Positions 1 to 13,688 of a DNA stretch of 64,000 bases are shown piece by piece (position 1 is the stretch's first letter; each line of letters begins with the position of its first letter). The DNA is taken from contig CAWBQK010000007.1 in assembly GCA_963791045.1 (NCBI GenBank), positions 64,001 through 128,000 on the forward strand, given 5' to 3'. This DNA comes from Candidatus Latescibacterota bacterium. Its GTDB lineage: Bacteria; Krumholzibacteriota; Krumholzibacteriia; WVZY01. Both the position numbers and the translations under genes were made by a program. The notes under the pieces were generated by a model. It was not told the DNA's origin. It saw nothing but the letters and a program-made list of their open reading frames with translations, and did not search any database.

Positions 1-1
1 T

Positions 2-196
2 CTTCCGTATGTCATCCAGTACAACAAACGGGACATGCCCGACATAATCGATATCGAGGAACTCGAGCAGGAACTCAATCCCGAAGGCCATCCCAGCCTG
101 GAGGCGGTCGCGATAACCGGTGTCGGTGTGTTCGATACTCTAAAAACGATTGCCAAGGGAATCCTGCAAAAGCTTTCGCACAGCCAGCCAGCCTGA
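2..196 (+). CDS. mglA: MglA-family small GTPase, 3' end only (truncated by window edge)
   Basis: Frame 2, translated manually (not in ORF track): LPYVIQYNKRDMPDIIDIEELEQELNPEGHPSLEAVAITGVGVFDTLKTIAK. Has the G4 NKRD motif and the TGVGVFDTLK segment typical of MglA. Confidence 0.85.
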   Translation, partial: LPYVIQYNKRDMPDIIDIEELEQELNPEGHPSLEAVAITGVGVFDTLKTIAKGILQKLSHSQPA

Positions 197-287
197 TTCG
201 ATCCAGATACCTGTTGCCGCGCGGTCGGCGCACGTGTACCATTCATGCGCGCCCATCCGTCCTGTGAACCGATATCGGGATTTTGAT

Positions 288-752
288 GTGAAATATATTT
301 CGAACTTTATAGGTACTTTTGGCTATACGGGGTTGTTCCCGTTTGCGCCGGCGACGTTTGCCACCCTGGTTTTCGTGCTCGTTTATTACTATGTCCCGGG
401 GGGCGCGATTCTCGTTCACCCGATCGTCGTCATCGCGACGCTTCTCATCTCGGTCCCGGTGGCCACGCGGGTCGAGAAGGATCATGGGCACGATGCGAGC
501 CGGATAGTGATCGACGAAATCGTTGGGATGCAGGTCGCGCTGACACTCGCCGCGCCGACACTCCTTGGGGTGATCTCCGCGTTTGTTCTTTTCCGGTTCT
601 TCGATATCGTTAAACCGTTCCCGGCGGGGAGGGCGCAGCACCTTCCGCGTGGTTACGGTGTGGTTGCCGATGATTTTGTCGCGGGAATCCAAGCCCGCCT
701 GGTTCTTATCGTTCTCGCCTGGATATTCCCCGGTTTTGGACGGTTCTTCTGA
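288..752 (+). CDS. pgpA: Phosphatidylglycerophosphatase A
   Basis: HDASRIVIDEIVG, FRFFDIVKPFP, GVVADDFVAG motifs; hydrophobic; GTG start chosen inside ORF 150..752. Confidence 0.93.
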   Translation: MKYISNFIGTFGYTGLFPFAPATFATLVFVLVYYYVPGGAILVHPIVVIATLLISVPVATRVEKDHGHDASRIVIDEIVGMQVALTLAAPTLLGVISAFVLFRFFDIVKPFPAGRAQHLPRGYGVVADDFVAGIQARLVLIVLAWIFPGFGRFF

Positions 753-775
753 TTTCTTTTACAATGTGATGGACG

Positions 776-2027
776 ATGAATCGAATACACGATGTAGAAA
801 TCATTATCGTGGGGAACGAACTTCTGCGTGGAGATCGAAGTGACGCGCACCTTGGGTTTCTCGGGCGCGCGGCTTCTCGATTACGGTATCCGTCTCGACG
901 CCGCGCACGTTGTCGGGGATGACGGCGAACGGATAGCACGTGCCGTGATGGAGGCGCGGCGCCGTACAAGGGCACTGGTCGTAACCGGCGGGCTCGGCCC
1001 GACACACGACGATGTCACACGCGAAGGCGTTGCCGCTGGGCTCGGCGTCGAACTGGTTTTCGACGAAGATCAGTGGACAAATATTCAAGAGTACTTTCGC
1101 AGACACGGCCGCGCGACCTCCGAAAGCAATCGCCGTCAGGCGTTCTTCCCGGAAGGGGCAAAGCCGCTCGAAAACACGAGGGGCACCGCGCCGGGTTTTT
1201 TAATCGACAAGGATAACTGCCTTGTCGCCGTTCTCCCTGGGCCGCCTCGGGAGTTTCAGACGATGATGGAGCGCTCAGTCTTTCCGGAGATCGACAGGGT
1301 GTTCTCGCGGCCGGCCCTCCTCGTCAACGTTTATCGCACGGCGGGAATAGGCGAGTCGACAATGGCGGTGTTCCTCGAGTCGCTCATGTCGCGATATGAA
1401 GAGTTTACACTGGCGTCGCTGCCGCATGTGTCGGGTGTGGATTTGTTGATAAGGGCGAATCCCGGCGCAGGATCGCCTGAGGGCCTGGAGCGCCGGGCGA
1501 GAGAACTCGAAAGAGATCTGCGCTCGGAGTTGGGGAACAAGGTGTACGCGAAGGGCGACCTGGCGCTTGAAGCGGTTGTTGGCGAGATCCTTTCGTCGAG
1601 GGGAGAGACTGTTGCCATCGCCGAGTCACTCACCGGCGGACTTCTCGGCAAAAGGCTCACCGACGTTCCGGGGAGCAGCCGTTATGTTCTCTCCGATGTG
1701 GTGGCCTACAGCAATGAGGCCAAAATTGATTTTCTCGGTGTGACCGGGTCGTCGCTCGAAGAAAACGGCGCGGTCAGCGAGGTCGTATGCCGCGAAATGG
1801 CCGAGGGTATCCGTGAGCGGACCGGCGCTACTTATGGACTCGCAACCACGGGTATAGCCGGGCCGGATGGGGGGACCGATGACAAGCCGGTCGGTCTCTG
1901 TTATCACGGATTGAGTTGGGATGGCGGCTCGGAGATTCGTCACCGTGTTTTCTCTGGTCAGCGCGAGGATGTCCGCGAACGAGTAGTGTGGGCGTCGCTG
2001 TATCATCTTTTCGAGAGACTTTCATGA
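776..2027 (+). CDS. cinA: CinA / competence-damage inducible protein (MoCF-biosynthesis-like N domain + NMN deamidase PncC domain); frameshift near 870
   Basis: ATG 776 gives MNRIHDVEIIIVGNELLRGD; one extra base near 870 moves the frame to ORF 828..2027 with TGGLGPTHDDVT, AESLTGG, GAVSE, TGIAGPDGG. Confidence 0.9.
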
Positions 2028-2590
2028 GACTCTTTCTTGCCGTAGAGTTCGAACCCCAGTTGAAGGATGCGCTCGTCCGCGCGATAAGCGAGATCGGCAT
2101 CGATCATCCTCCGTGGCGATGGGTTGCACGGTCGAATTTTCATTTAACCCTCAAGTTTCTCGGTGACATGCAAAAAGACCTGGTTCCGCGGGTAATCGAT
2201 ACGGTGGAGGCGGTCTGCCGGGACGCGCCCGCATTTGATATCGAGCTGGAGGGTTTGGGCGGCTTTCCAAACTTTAAGAATCCGCGGGTGCTGTTCTACC
2301 ATGTCGTGCGCGGTGTGGACGAACTCGTTTCCTTATCCCGCGCGATCGACTCGGTGCTCGAGACCGCCCTTTCGATTCCTCGTGAAAAGAAACCGTTTCG
2401 CGCGCATGCGACGGTTGCCCGCATCAAGCGGCCGATCGATCCCGATCTGGTCGCCCGGCTCGAGGGTGCCCCTGCGGTTGAATGTCCGCCGCAACGGGTT
2501 CGGCAAGTCTCTTTGATGCGGAGCGAACTACGCCGCGAAGGCGCTATATACCAACTCGTTAAAGGGATTGCGCTCGCCGAAGTGAAGTGA
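2024..2590 (+). CDS. thpR: RNA 2',3'-cyclic phosphodiesterase (2H family)
   Basis: MRLFLAV start, HLTL and HATV 2H motifs; ATGA overlap with cinA stop. Confidence 0.92.
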   Translation: MRLFLAVEFEPQLKDALVRAISEIGIDHPPWRWVARSNFHLTLKFLGDMQKDLVPRVIDTVEAVCRDAPAFDIELEGLGGFPNFKNPRVLFYHVVRGVDELVSLSRAIDSVLETALSIPREKKPFRAHATVARIKRPIDPDLVARLEGAPAVECPPQRVRQVSLMRSELRREGAIYQLVKGIALAEVK

Positions 2591-2727
2591 TAATATTTCG
2601 TGGAAGTTCGTTTGTTTAGCGTCTTCCCCCTGGGTTTTTCCGGCAGCTAGAAGGGGCGACGTTGGGACGGTGTGCTGTATGCCGGTTGTGAGGATGGGAT
2701 GTGGACTGAAAGTGGAAAGGGAAAGAA

Positions 2728-3858
2728 ATGAAATCGGATATGCCCGAGCAAAGCAACAAAGAAAAAGCATTGGAACTGGCCGTCGCGCAGATCGAAAAGC
2801 AGTTCGGCCAGGGATCGATCATGCGGTTGGGTGATGGGTCGTTCATCGTTCCCGTTGACGCGATTTCGACGGGTAGCTTGAGTCTCGATGTGGCCCTCGG
2901 TGTCGGCGGGGTTCCCCGTGGGCGGATCATCGAAGTGTACGGTCCCGAAGGGTCGGGAAAGACGACTCTCACGAGTTCGATCATCGCTCGCGCGCAAAAA
3001 GCGGGCGGGACGGCGGCTTTTGTCGATGCCGAACACGCGTTCGATGTCAAATACGCCAGGAATATCGGCATTGATGTCGATAACCTTCTGATCTCTCAGC
3101 CCGACACCGGAGAACAGGCGCTGGAAATTGCCGAAGTTTTGGTGCGTAGCGGCGCTCTCGACGTGGTCGTAGTCGACTCCGTTGCGGCGCTTGTTCCCGC
3201 GGCGGAACTCAATGGCGATATGGGAGACGCTCATGTCGGACTGCAGGCGAGACTCATGTCCCAGGCGCTGCGGAAACTTACCGGCGTTGTTTCGAAAACC
3301 AAAACTTGTCTGATTTTTACGAACCAGATCCGTATGAAGATCGGTGTTCTTTTCGGTAGCCCCGAGACTACGTCGGGCGGCAACGCGCTCAAGTTTTATT
3401 CGTCGGTTAGAATGGACATCCGGCGGATCGGCGCGATCAAAGATGGCGAGACCGTTTCCGGAAACCGGACCAAAGTCAAAGTGGTTAAGAACAAGGTTGC
3501 CCCGCCGTTCCGTATCGCCGAGTTTGATATTCTCTACGGCGAGGGAATAAGCTACGAAGGCGACCTGCTCGATCTCGGCTCGAGCGTTGAGATTATCAAA
3601 AAGAGCGGGACGTGGTATTCGTATGGTGAGGAACGGCTCGGTCAGGGCAAAGAATCTTCGAGACAGTTCCTCAAAGAGAACCCAAAAGTCAGGGACGAAA
3701 TCGACAAGAAAGTCCGCGAACATTTTGAGATCTCGTCTGCAAAACCGATGTCGAAACCCGATGTTGAACCGATGGTAAAAGGGGCGGCGAGCACAGCCGG
3801 GGCCCGTTCAGCCCCGGGTAAGGGCCGGATGGGCAGTTCGCGCGCGGCCAAGAAGTGA
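2728..3858 (+). CDS. recA: Recombinase RecA
   Basis: GPEGSGKTT Walker [27 protein letters not shown]. Confidence 0.99.
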   Translation: MKSDMPEQSNKEKALELAVAQIEKQFGQGSIMRLGDGSFIVPVDAISTGSLSLDVALGVGGVPRGRIIEVYGPEGSGKTTLTSSIIARAQKAGGTAAFVDAEHAFDVKYARNIGIDVDNLLISQPDTGEQALEIAEVLVRSGALDVVVVDSVAALVPAAELNGDMGDAHVGLQARLMSQALRKLTGVVSKTKTCLIFTNQIRMKIGVLFGSPETTSGGNALKFYSSVRMDIRRIGAIKDGETVSGNRTKVKVVKNKVAPPFRIAEFDILYGEGISYEGDLLDLGSSVEIIKKSGTWYSYGEERLGQGKESSRQFLKENPKVRDEIDKKVREHFEISSAKPMSKPDVEPMVKGAASTAGARSAPGKGRMGSSRAAKK

Positions 3859-4523
3859 TGTCCGAGACCGTCGTTGAATGGAAACCGCGCCCCCGAAACA
3901 GGATTTTCATCAAGCTCTCGGGGGGGCGGTTTTTTACCGTTCCGGAGGCTGAAGGGGAAAGCCTCAAGCCGGGTAGAGGTCCTTCGCGAGGAGGACATAA
4001 GCAGGCTTTCCAGGATCGACCAATACTTTCGCGGCAAAGATAAGGCATTGCGATTATTGTCGATACGTGCTCGGAGCCGATACGAGGTCGATAACACCCT
4101 CTCTGGAATGGAGATTGCACCAGAGATTCGAAGACGGGATCCTCGAGGAACTGCGACGAAGTTAGGGCTGATCGACGACGCCCGGTTCGCCCGGGATTAC
4201 GTCGACTCGCGTATTGAGATCAAACACCTGGGTCCTCATCGCCTCAAATTCGAGCTCAAAAAGTTCGGTGTGAGCGGTTCGATTATCGAACAGGCAATCG
4301 AAGAGGCCTTCCACGAGGGACGCCAGGAGGAACTCGCCTGGAAAATCGTTCGAAAGAAATCGTACGCGCATCGGCAACGCAGAAAGCTGGCAACCTGAGA
4401 AAGAAGTTCGGCGTGTGAGCGGGTCTGCTTAAACGCCGGAGAGGGCTCGATTACGAAATTATAAACCATGTCGCGTACGAGTTGCTGAATCGGGCGGCAA
4501 GATTCGCGATTGGATCAATTTGA
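3858..4523 (+). CDS. recX: Regulatory protein RecX; several frameshifts
   Basis: Directly after recA; pieces ALRLLSIRARSRYEV, LGLIDDARFARDYV, GPHRLKFELKKFGV, GLDYEIINHV lie in shifting frames. End approximate. Confidence 0.8.
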
Positions 4524-4587
4524 GCAGCAAGCAATGAGCAAACGAAAACAAAAAGAAACAAGGCACACAGTCGAACTCACCGAAAAG

Positions 4588-7257
<2,670 letters not shown>

Positions 7258-7291
7258 TTCGTTGATATATTTTAACCCAGGGGACTAAATC

Positions 7292-8779
7292 ATGATGCGG
7301 ACTCTCGTACTAGTTCTTGTGATCGCTGTGTTCGTCTCAGGTGCGGTAAGCGCGGAGAAAAACCTGTCGATCAGGGATAAGACTTTGTCGAATCGTACGT
7401 CGATGGGCGCGGATGATCCCGCCGCGGCGGCTGACGGAGACCTTGTTACGTACAGTGTCCCGACGTCACTCGAAGGTCCCATTGATCCGGACACCTATGT
7501 CCTCGGGCCATCGGATGAACTCTACCTGATTATTCGCGGGGCCGAGACGGCGTTTCACCCAATTCTTGTGTTCCCCGAGGGCAACGTCATACTTCCCAAT
7601 GTCGGCAGTCACAAGGCGGCCGGTTTGACGCTTACGCAGTTCAGGGAAGACGTTCGCGACGCGCTCAAGAATTATTACAGAAATATCGATATTGATGTCC
7701 AGTTGACGAAGCCGCGCAGCTTTGTGGTCTATGTATCAGGTCAAGTCGCGAGGCCCGGCGCCGTTGAACTCACCGCGCCCTTTCGTGTCAGCCAGGCGAT
7801 CTTGGCGGTGGGAGGTGTGGGCGAAGCGGGGACCATGCGCGAGATCGAAATCCGGCGGAATGACGAAGTGCTCCAAACGGTCGACCTTTTTCTGTTCCAT
7901 CAGCAGGGCCGGAGCGAGCACAACCCCGTGCTTGCCGAGGGTCTTGCGGTACACGTGCCGATACGAAAAATGAGAGCATCATCGGTTGGAGAGGTCCGCA
8001 AGTCCGGGATTTTTGAAATTGTTCCCGGCGAGACCGCGGCCGATATCATCGAATTCTCCGGCGGGTTCGCGACGACGGCGGATACTAGTCAACTTCTCCT
8101 CGAGAGAAAAAGCCCGGCCAGAGGATTGACGACAATCACTTTCGAAGCGGATTCGGCGCAGTACGTCACCCTCCAGGATCTCGATCTGCTCGTTATTCCC
8201 GATCTCGCCAGCCAGATAGGTTACGAACCCGTCGAGGTCATCGGTGGTGGGGGGCGCGATGGAGAGTTTCAGATACAGGAGACCGAAACTCTGAGGGAGT
8301 TTCTCAATCGTCTGTGGCGGTTCACATACCGTTACAATATCGAAGACGCCGTCATCGAGCGCTGGGAGGATGACGACTACCCCGAATATATAGCTTTTAA
8401 TGTCCGTGCAGTTCTTGAAGGCGACACCCTGGGCGCGACGATACTAAAACCGGGTGACACGATCAATTTTCCCGTCCGCGAAAAGCAGGTTTTTGTCACC
8501 GGCGAAGTGGTGCTTCCCGGCGCCTTTCCGTTCCAGCCTGGGTATTCGGCGGAGCGTTATATCGCCCTTGCCGGCGGTCCCAATGTGGACGGATCGTACG
8601 GAAGGATTGATATCTTTGGTGTCGACGGAGGAAACCGCTCGGGCGACCGGCACTCGATGATCTATCGTGGTGAAACCATCATCGTAAAAACGAAGAGATC
8701 CAAACAGCTCGCCTCGATTTTCTGGGGAATGACGAGCTTGACTAGCTTGATACTCGCGATTTATGCAGTGAATCAATAG
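7292..8779 (+). CDS. Polysaccharide export (Wza/KpsD-like, SLBB repeats) protein
   Basis: Signal peptide; YVLGPSDEL Poly_export motif; repeated V.GxV..PG SLBB motifs; C-terminal hydrophobic helix. Confidence 0.82.
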   Translation: MMRTLVLVLVIAVFVSGAVSAEKNLSIRDKTLSNRTSMGADDPAAAADGDLVTYSVPTSLEGPIDPDTYVLGPSDELYLIIRGAETAFHPILVFPEGNVILPNVGSHKAAGLTLTQFREDVRDALKNYYRNIDIDVQLTKPRSFVVYVSGQVARPGAVELTAPFRVSQAILAVGGVGEAGTMREIEIRRNDEVLQTVDLFLFHQQGRSEHNPVLAEGLAVHVPIRKMRASSVGEVRKSGIFEIVPGETAADIIEFSGGFATTADTSQLLLERKSPARGLTTITFEADSAQYVTLQDLDLLVIPDLASQIGYEPVEVIGGGGRDGEFQIQETETLREFLNRLWRFTYRYNIEDAVIERWEDDDYPEYIAFNVRAVLEGDTLGATILKPGDTINFPVREKQVFVTGEVVLPGAFPFQPGYSAERYIALAGGPNVDGSYGRIDIFGVDGGNRSGDRHSMIYRGETIIVKTKRSKQLASIFWGMTSLTSLILAIYAVNQ

Positions 8780-8839
8780 GGCAGGCCCGGAACATACATT
8801 TTGACGGCATCAAGGCCGGGTGAAAGGAACGTGGTATCG

Positions 8840-9904
8840 ATGAAAGCGTTGATTTTGAGCGGAGGAAAGGGCACGAGGCTCCGGCCGATCACATATACAA
8901 GCGCCAAACAGCTCGTTCCGATCGCCAACAAGCCGATTCTCTTCTTCGGACTCGAAGCGATGCGGGATGCGGGGATCGTTGATGTCGGGATCGTCGTCGG
9001 CGACACGGCGGATGAAGTCAAAAAGGCGGTTGGCGACGGGAGCAAATTCGGGATCAAGGTCCATTACATCCAGCAGGATGCTCCGTTGGGGCTCGCGCAT
9101 GCGGTCAAGGTGTCGAAAGACTTCATCGGTGACGACTCGTTCGTAATGTACCTCGGGGATAACTTGTTGAAAAACGGGATAACGGGTTTCGTCAACGAAT
9201 TCTCGGCGGGAAACCACGATGCACAGATTCTGCTCGCCCGTGTCAAGAACCCGAGCGAGTTCGGCGTGGCGGAGATAAAAGGCGATCGAGTCATCGCGCT
9301 CGAGGAGAAACCGAAGAAACCCAAGAGTAATTATGCGCTCGTCGGCGTCTACATGTTCAAGAGCAGTGTCTTCGAGGCGGTCGATAATATTAAGCCGAGC
9401 TGGCGAAACGAGCTTGAGATCACCGATGCGATCCAGTACCTGATCGACAAGGGCTTTGTGGTGAACTCTCATGTTGTGGACGGATGGTGGAAAGATACGG
9501 GAAAACTCGAGGATATGCTCGACGCGAACCGGATGGTTCTGACCGAGCTCGAACACCATGTCGGGAGCGAGCCCAAGAAAGGTTCCGAAATCCACGGTAA
9601 CGTGCTCATCGCTGAAAACGTCAAAATTGAGGGTAGTGTGTTGAGAGGGCCGTGCATCATTGGCGAAGGTGCGGAGATTATCGATTCGTACGTCGGACCG
9701 TTTACCAGTATTGGCGCCAACACAAAGATCGTTCGAAGCGAGATCGAGAACAGCATCATCCTCGAGGAATGTACGATTGAGGATATCGGCAGCCGGATCG
9801 GCAACAGCCTTATGGGCCGCAACGTGACCGTGTCGCGGAACGCAAGGCCGCCGCGGGCGTACGAGTTCATGGTTGGGGACAACAGCAATATTATTCTGTT
9901 CTAA
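8840..9904 (+). CDS. rmlA: Glucose-1-phosphate thymidylyltransferase, long form with C-terminal beta-helix
   Basis: MKALILSGGKGTRLRPIT, KQLVPIANKP, PLGLAHA, ELEITDA, WKDTG. Confidence 0.9.
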   Translation: MKALILSGGKGTRLRPITYTSAKQLVPIANKPILFFGLEAMRDAGIVDVGIVVGDTADEVKKAVGDGSKFGIKVHYIQQDAPLGLAHAVKVSKDFIGDDSFVMYLGDNLLKNGITGFVNEFSAGNHDAQILLARVKNPSEFGVAEIKGDRVIALEEKPKKPKSNYALVGVYMFKSSVFEAVDNIKPSWRNELEITDAIQYLIDKGFVVNSHVVDGWWKDTGKLEDMLDANRMVLTELEHHVGSEPKKGSEIHGNVLIAENVKIEGSVLRGPCIIGEGAEIIDSYVGPFTSIGANTKIVRSEIENSIILEECTIEDIGSRIGNSLMGRNVTVSRNARPPRAYEFMVGDNSNIILF

Positions 9905-9918
9905 AAAGGCGGTTTCCG

Positions 9919-10524
9919 TTGCCGGCAAACAGCACGAACTTGAAGGCGCTCCTCTCCGCGAGACAGAGTCTCCTCGAATGGACATTCGGGGATGGGTGGG
10001 CCGAGATTGAGAACACGGCGCGCGAGTTGACGGCAAGTCTCAAAGACGGAGGAGCCGTCTTCTCTTGCGGTAACGGTGGGAGCGCGTCACAAGCTGAGCA
10101 CTTTGCCGCCGAACTTGCCGGTCGTTTCAAGCTCGACAGGAAATCACTCCCCGTTTTTTCTCTCTCGACGAATACCGCCTCGCTCACGGCGATTGCCAAC
10201 GATTTTGGGTTTGCGGAAATGTTCGCCCGGCAGATAGAGGGAATAGGAAAAAAGGGCGACGCGCTGGTCGCGCTCTCGACGAGCGGCAACTCGGAGAATA
10301 TTATCCGCGCGTGCCGGATCGCCCGTGAAAAAGGGATGGTCGTATATGGTCTGACGGGAGAGACCGGTGGCAAGATGGGTGGGGAGTGTAACCATATTAT
10401 CCGCATCCCCGAAACGGACACGGCAAGGATCCAGGAAATGCATCTCGTGGCGCTGCACATGATTTGCCAGCTTATCGAGGAGAGCCTGTTTTTGACAAAT
10501 GGCGCGGGGATGGAGTCGACGTGA
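9919..10524 (+). CDS. gmhA: D-sedoheptulose-7-phosphate isomerase (SIS domain)
   Basis: CGNGGSA, AIAND, STSGNS, TARIQEMH. Confidence 0.92.
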   Translation: MPANSTNLKALLSARQSLLEWTFGDGWAEIENTARELTASLKDGGAVFSCGNGGSASQAEHFAAELAGRFKLDRKSLPVFSLSTNTASLTAIANDFGFAEMFARQIEGIGKKGDALVALSTSGNSENIIRACRIAREKGMVVYGLTGETGGKMGGECNHIIRIPETDTARIQEMHLVALHMICQLIEESLFLTNGAGMEST

Positions 10525-10550
10525 CAGGGGAGTTTTTAATCGTCAGTGGG

Positions 10551-10579
10551 AGGTCCGCCGTCAGGTGGGCCTTTTTTTT
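10551..10579 (+). terminator. Intrinsic terminator after gmhA
   Basis: Stem AGGTCCGCC-gtca-GGTGGGCCT (two G-U pairs) followed by a T run; overlaps the stop of the convergent gene. Confidence 0.7.
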
Positions 10580-11724
10580 GCCGCACGGGTCTGCTTGCCC
10601 ATGCCCAATTTGTCCGACAGTTGCTCTTCGTACACTTCTACGGTTCGAGCGACCATTGTGTCGATGCGGAAATCTTTCCGGACACGGGCCAGTCCTTCTC
10701 GGCCCATCATCAGCATCCGATCGCGACGGGATAGTATGTCGGAAACCGCTGCGGCAAGCCGTCCTGGTTCGCCCGGCGGAACGAGGAGCCCTGTCACGCC
10801 GTTGATGACGACCTCCGGAGTGCCTCCCACTCCTGTGGCGACGACAGGAAGCCCCGCCGCCATCGCTTCGAGAACGACGTTTGGCATTCCTTCTTCGGGT
10901 GACGAAAGCGAAAACAAGTCCATTGCGGTGAGCAAGTCTTTTACGTCGGCGCGTTCGCCCACAAACGCGATCTTCGAGGCAACACCGAGTTCTTTCGCGT
11001 GCGACTCGAGTGCGGTTCTGTCGCGTCCCGATCCCACGATCACGAAACGAACATCGGGAAGTGCTGAGAGAATCTGCGCGGTCGCTTCGAGAAACACATC
11101 GAGACCCTTTTCCTGATGTAGACGGCCGATGGTGCCAACGACCGGCGCTGATCCGGGGATGCCAAGTTCTTCCCGGATACGATTTCGGACCGTCGGGTCC
11201 ATCTCCCCGGAGTGGCCGGTTTCCACGCCGTTCACGATGGTTACGACGCGGCGCGGGTCGGCTCCGCCGCGCTCGATTTCAACCCGTCGCGCGGCTTCCG
11301 ATACCGCGATGATACGGTCGTCGATGCCGAGTGTAAGCCGGTTGAGCCTTTCGCGAAGCGGGCTCCCGAGGTTGATGTTCCTGCGGGCCGAGATGAGAAT
11401 GGGGACAGGCGCGATCCGTCCAAAAAGCCGGGAAACCATTACGGCGTGATACAACCACGAATGAACGATCACCGGTCGCACATCGTCAAGAAACGAGGCG
11501 AGCCGGCGAAGTCCGAACGGGTTCAAAAAGCCGGTAATGCCGAGATCAAGGACGGGGATGTCCTGCGATTGGATATCGTGGGCAATCGGCGTATCGCCGT
11601 CCCGGAGGCAAACAACCGTTGGTGAAAAACGATCGCGATCGATCCCGCGCAACAGACGCAACAATGCCTTCTGCGAGCCGCCCGTTGTGAGATCGGTAAT
11701 GATATGCGTAATCGGTAGCATCAT
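10561..11724 (-). CDS. GT4 family glycosyltransferase
   Basis: TGGSQK N-terminus, GRLHQEKG, EGMPNVVLEAMAAG (EX7E). Confidence 0.9.
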   Translation of the reverse strand: MMLPITHIITDLTTGGSQKALLRLLRGIDRDRFSPTVVCLRDGDTPIAHDIQSQDIPVLDLGITGFLNPFGLRRLASFLDDVRPVIVHSWLYHAVMVSRLFGRIAPVPILISARRNINLGSPLRERLNRLTLGIDDRIIAVSEAARRVEIERGGADPRRVVTIVNGVETGHSGEMDPTVRNRIREELGIPGSAPVVGTIGRLHQEKGLDVFLEATAQILSALPDVRFVIVGSGRDRTALESHAKELGVASKIAFVGERADVKDLLTAMDLFSLSSPEEGMPNVVLEAMAAGLPVVATGVGGTPEVVINGVTGLLVPPGEPGRLAAAVSDILSRRDRMLMMGREGLARVRKDFRIDTMVARTVEVYEEQLSDKLGMGKQTRAAKKRPT

Positions 11725-11741
11725 TGTTGCTTCATGGCTTC

Positions 11742-13676
11742 TCAGGCGGGGAGTATCCCCTCGGCCGGTCCGACGAGAGCCGACCTCGGCCGGTCCACGT
11801 GAGTTCTGAACCACAACTCGAGCATGAGAAGCTCCCATATGTGATCGCCATGGTTGATCCGACCGCTCGTGTGTTCCGCGAGCATTGTTTGCACACCGTC
11901 ACGCGACCAGATTCCACGCGACATCGTGGTCGGATCGAGCAGCACTTCTCCGGCGATGTCCTTGAGTTCGCCGCGGAACCACCTCGCCACCGGCGCGGCA
12001 AAACCGTACTTGCCGCGGTTGAGGATGGAGTCGGGGAGCTTGTTTTTTAAGGCCCGTTTGAGAATGAATTTTCTGTCCCGTCCCCGCAGCTTGACATTCG
12101 ATGGCAGCTTCGCGACAAATTCGGCGAGATGATGATCGAGGAAGGGCGATCGGGCCTCGAGCGAGTGCACCATTGAGGCGATGTCCACCTTGACGAGGAG
12201 ATCGTCGGGGAGATAGGTGCGAACGTCCGACGAGAGTATCCGGTCGAGCGCGTCGGTTGCCGCTCCACTCGCATAGGTTTCGTCAAAAAGGTTCAGGGAA
12301 TCGTAGCCGTTCATCCTTTCTGCAAAGTCCGCGGAATAGAGCCTCTGTTTTGTCGGGTTGTCCATCATCGTGAGCCACGTCGCGTATCTTCGCTTGGGCT
12401 CGAGGTTTTGTGCCATTACAAAACGTTTGAAGCGCCGGAGGATGTTTTTCCGTGAGGATGGTTCCGGCAGCCGCCGGGCGATCTCCGTGAAGACTCCCTT
12501 TCTCAGCCAGCCGGGAAGCCGCGCGTAGTGGTTCGAAAGCGCCGCGGCGACATATCTCTCGTAACCGGCAAAGGTCTCGTCGCCGCCGTCTCCGTTGAGA
12601 GCCACAGTCACGTGCTGCCGTGTGATCTTGGAAACATAGTATGTGGGGAGCGCGGACGAATCGGCATAGGGCTCGCCATACGCCCACACTATTTCAGGCA
12701 AAACCGAGAGAACCGACGGTGTGACGATGAATTCGTGGTGCTCGGTGTCGAAAAGTTTTGCGACACGCCTCGCAATGGGAGTTTCGTCGAACGACTGATC
12801 CTCGAAGCCAATCGAAAAAGTCTTTACCGGTTTGCTTGACGATTCCGCCATGTAGGCGACAATCGCACTCGAGTCGACGCCGCCGCTCAAGAACGCTCCC
12901 AACGGCACGTCGCTCATCAAGCGAACCCTCGTTGCGTCACGAAGGTGTTCCGCGACGCCTTCGGCGGCCTCATCCACGGATATGTCGAGTTTCGAAGTGT
13001 AGTCGAGCGTCCAGTAGCGATCGACCGAACTGCGACCGTCCTTCCATATCATCGTGGAAGCGGGAGGAAGTTTGCGGATGTGCTTGTAAATGGTTTTTGG
13101 CGAGGGGACGTACCCGTATGTAAGATAGTCATGGAGGGCGCTGTCATCTATCGCGTCGGAAACCGCCTCGTCCTGCAGGACGGCTTTTATTTCAGATGCA
13201 AACGTAATCCCATTGGAAGTCTCCGCATAGACGAGCGGTTTTTGTCCGAATCGATCGCGGGCGAGAAAAAGAGTGTTGTAACGCCCGTCCCATATGGCGA
13301 AGGCGAACATCCCTCGTAATTTCGTGACGCATCCGTGCCCCATCTCTTCGTAGAGATGCACAATGGTTTCGGTGTCGGAATCGCTGTGAAAAATATGACC
13401 GCGGGATTCGAGGTCTTTTCGGAGTTCCAGGTGGTTGTAGATCTCGCCATTTTGAACGATCCACACGGATCCGTCTTCGTTGCGCATCGGTTGGCGGGCC
13501 GCTTCGGAAAGGTCAATAATCGACAGCCGCCTGTGACCGAGCCCCACTTGCCCGTCGATGTGGACCCCGGAGGCATCGGGACCGCGATGCGCGAGAACAT
13601 CGGTCATTCTTCGAATGACGTTCTCATCAACCGTTCGTTCCCGGTCGCTAAAAATCTTGCCTGCGATTCCGCACAT
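11742..13676 (-). CDS. asnB: Asparagine synthase (glutamine-hydrolysing)-like amidotransferase, probably acting on polysaccharide
   Basis: MCGIAG, HRGPD, RRLSIID, LSGGVDSS, GDGGDE, LEARSPFLD; lies among glycosyltransferases. Confidence 0.93.
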   Translation of the reverse strand: MCGIAGKIFSDRERTVDENVIRRMTDVLAHRGPDASGVHIDGQVGLGHRRLSIIDLSEAARQPMRNEDGSVWIVQNGEIYNHLELRKDLESRGHIFHSDSDTETIVHLYEEMGHGCVTKLRGMFAFAIWDGRYNTLFLARDRFGQKPLVYAETSNGITFASEIKAVLQDEAVSDAIDDSALHDYLTYGYVPSPKTIYKHIRKLPPASTMIWKDGRSSVDRYWTLDYTSKLDISVDEAAEGVAEHLRDATRVRLMSDVPLGAFLSGGVDSSAIVAYMAESSSKPVKTFSIGFEDQSFDETPIARRVAKLFDTEHHEFIVTPSVLSVLPEIVWAYGEPYADSSALPTYYVSKITRQHVTVALNGDGGDETFAGYERYVAAALSNHYARLPGWLRKGVFTEIARRLPEPSSRKNILRRFKRFVMAQNLEPKRRYATWLTMMDNPTKQRLYSADFAERMNGYDSLNLFDETYASGAATDALDRILSSDVRTYLPDDLLVKVDIASMVHSLEARSPFLDHHLAEFVAKLPSNVKLRGRDRKFILKRALKNKLPDSILNRGKYGFAAPVARWFRGELKDIAGEVLLDPTTMSRGIWSRDGVQTMLAEHTSGRINHGDHIWELLMLELWFRTHVDRPRSALVGPAEGILPA

Positions 13677-13688
13677 GGGATATTCCGA

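Noticed and set aside
2591-2727. LexA/SOS box upstream of recA
   Set aside because: No convincing palindrome matching the boxes I know (CTGT-N8-ACAG, GAAC-N4-GTTC).
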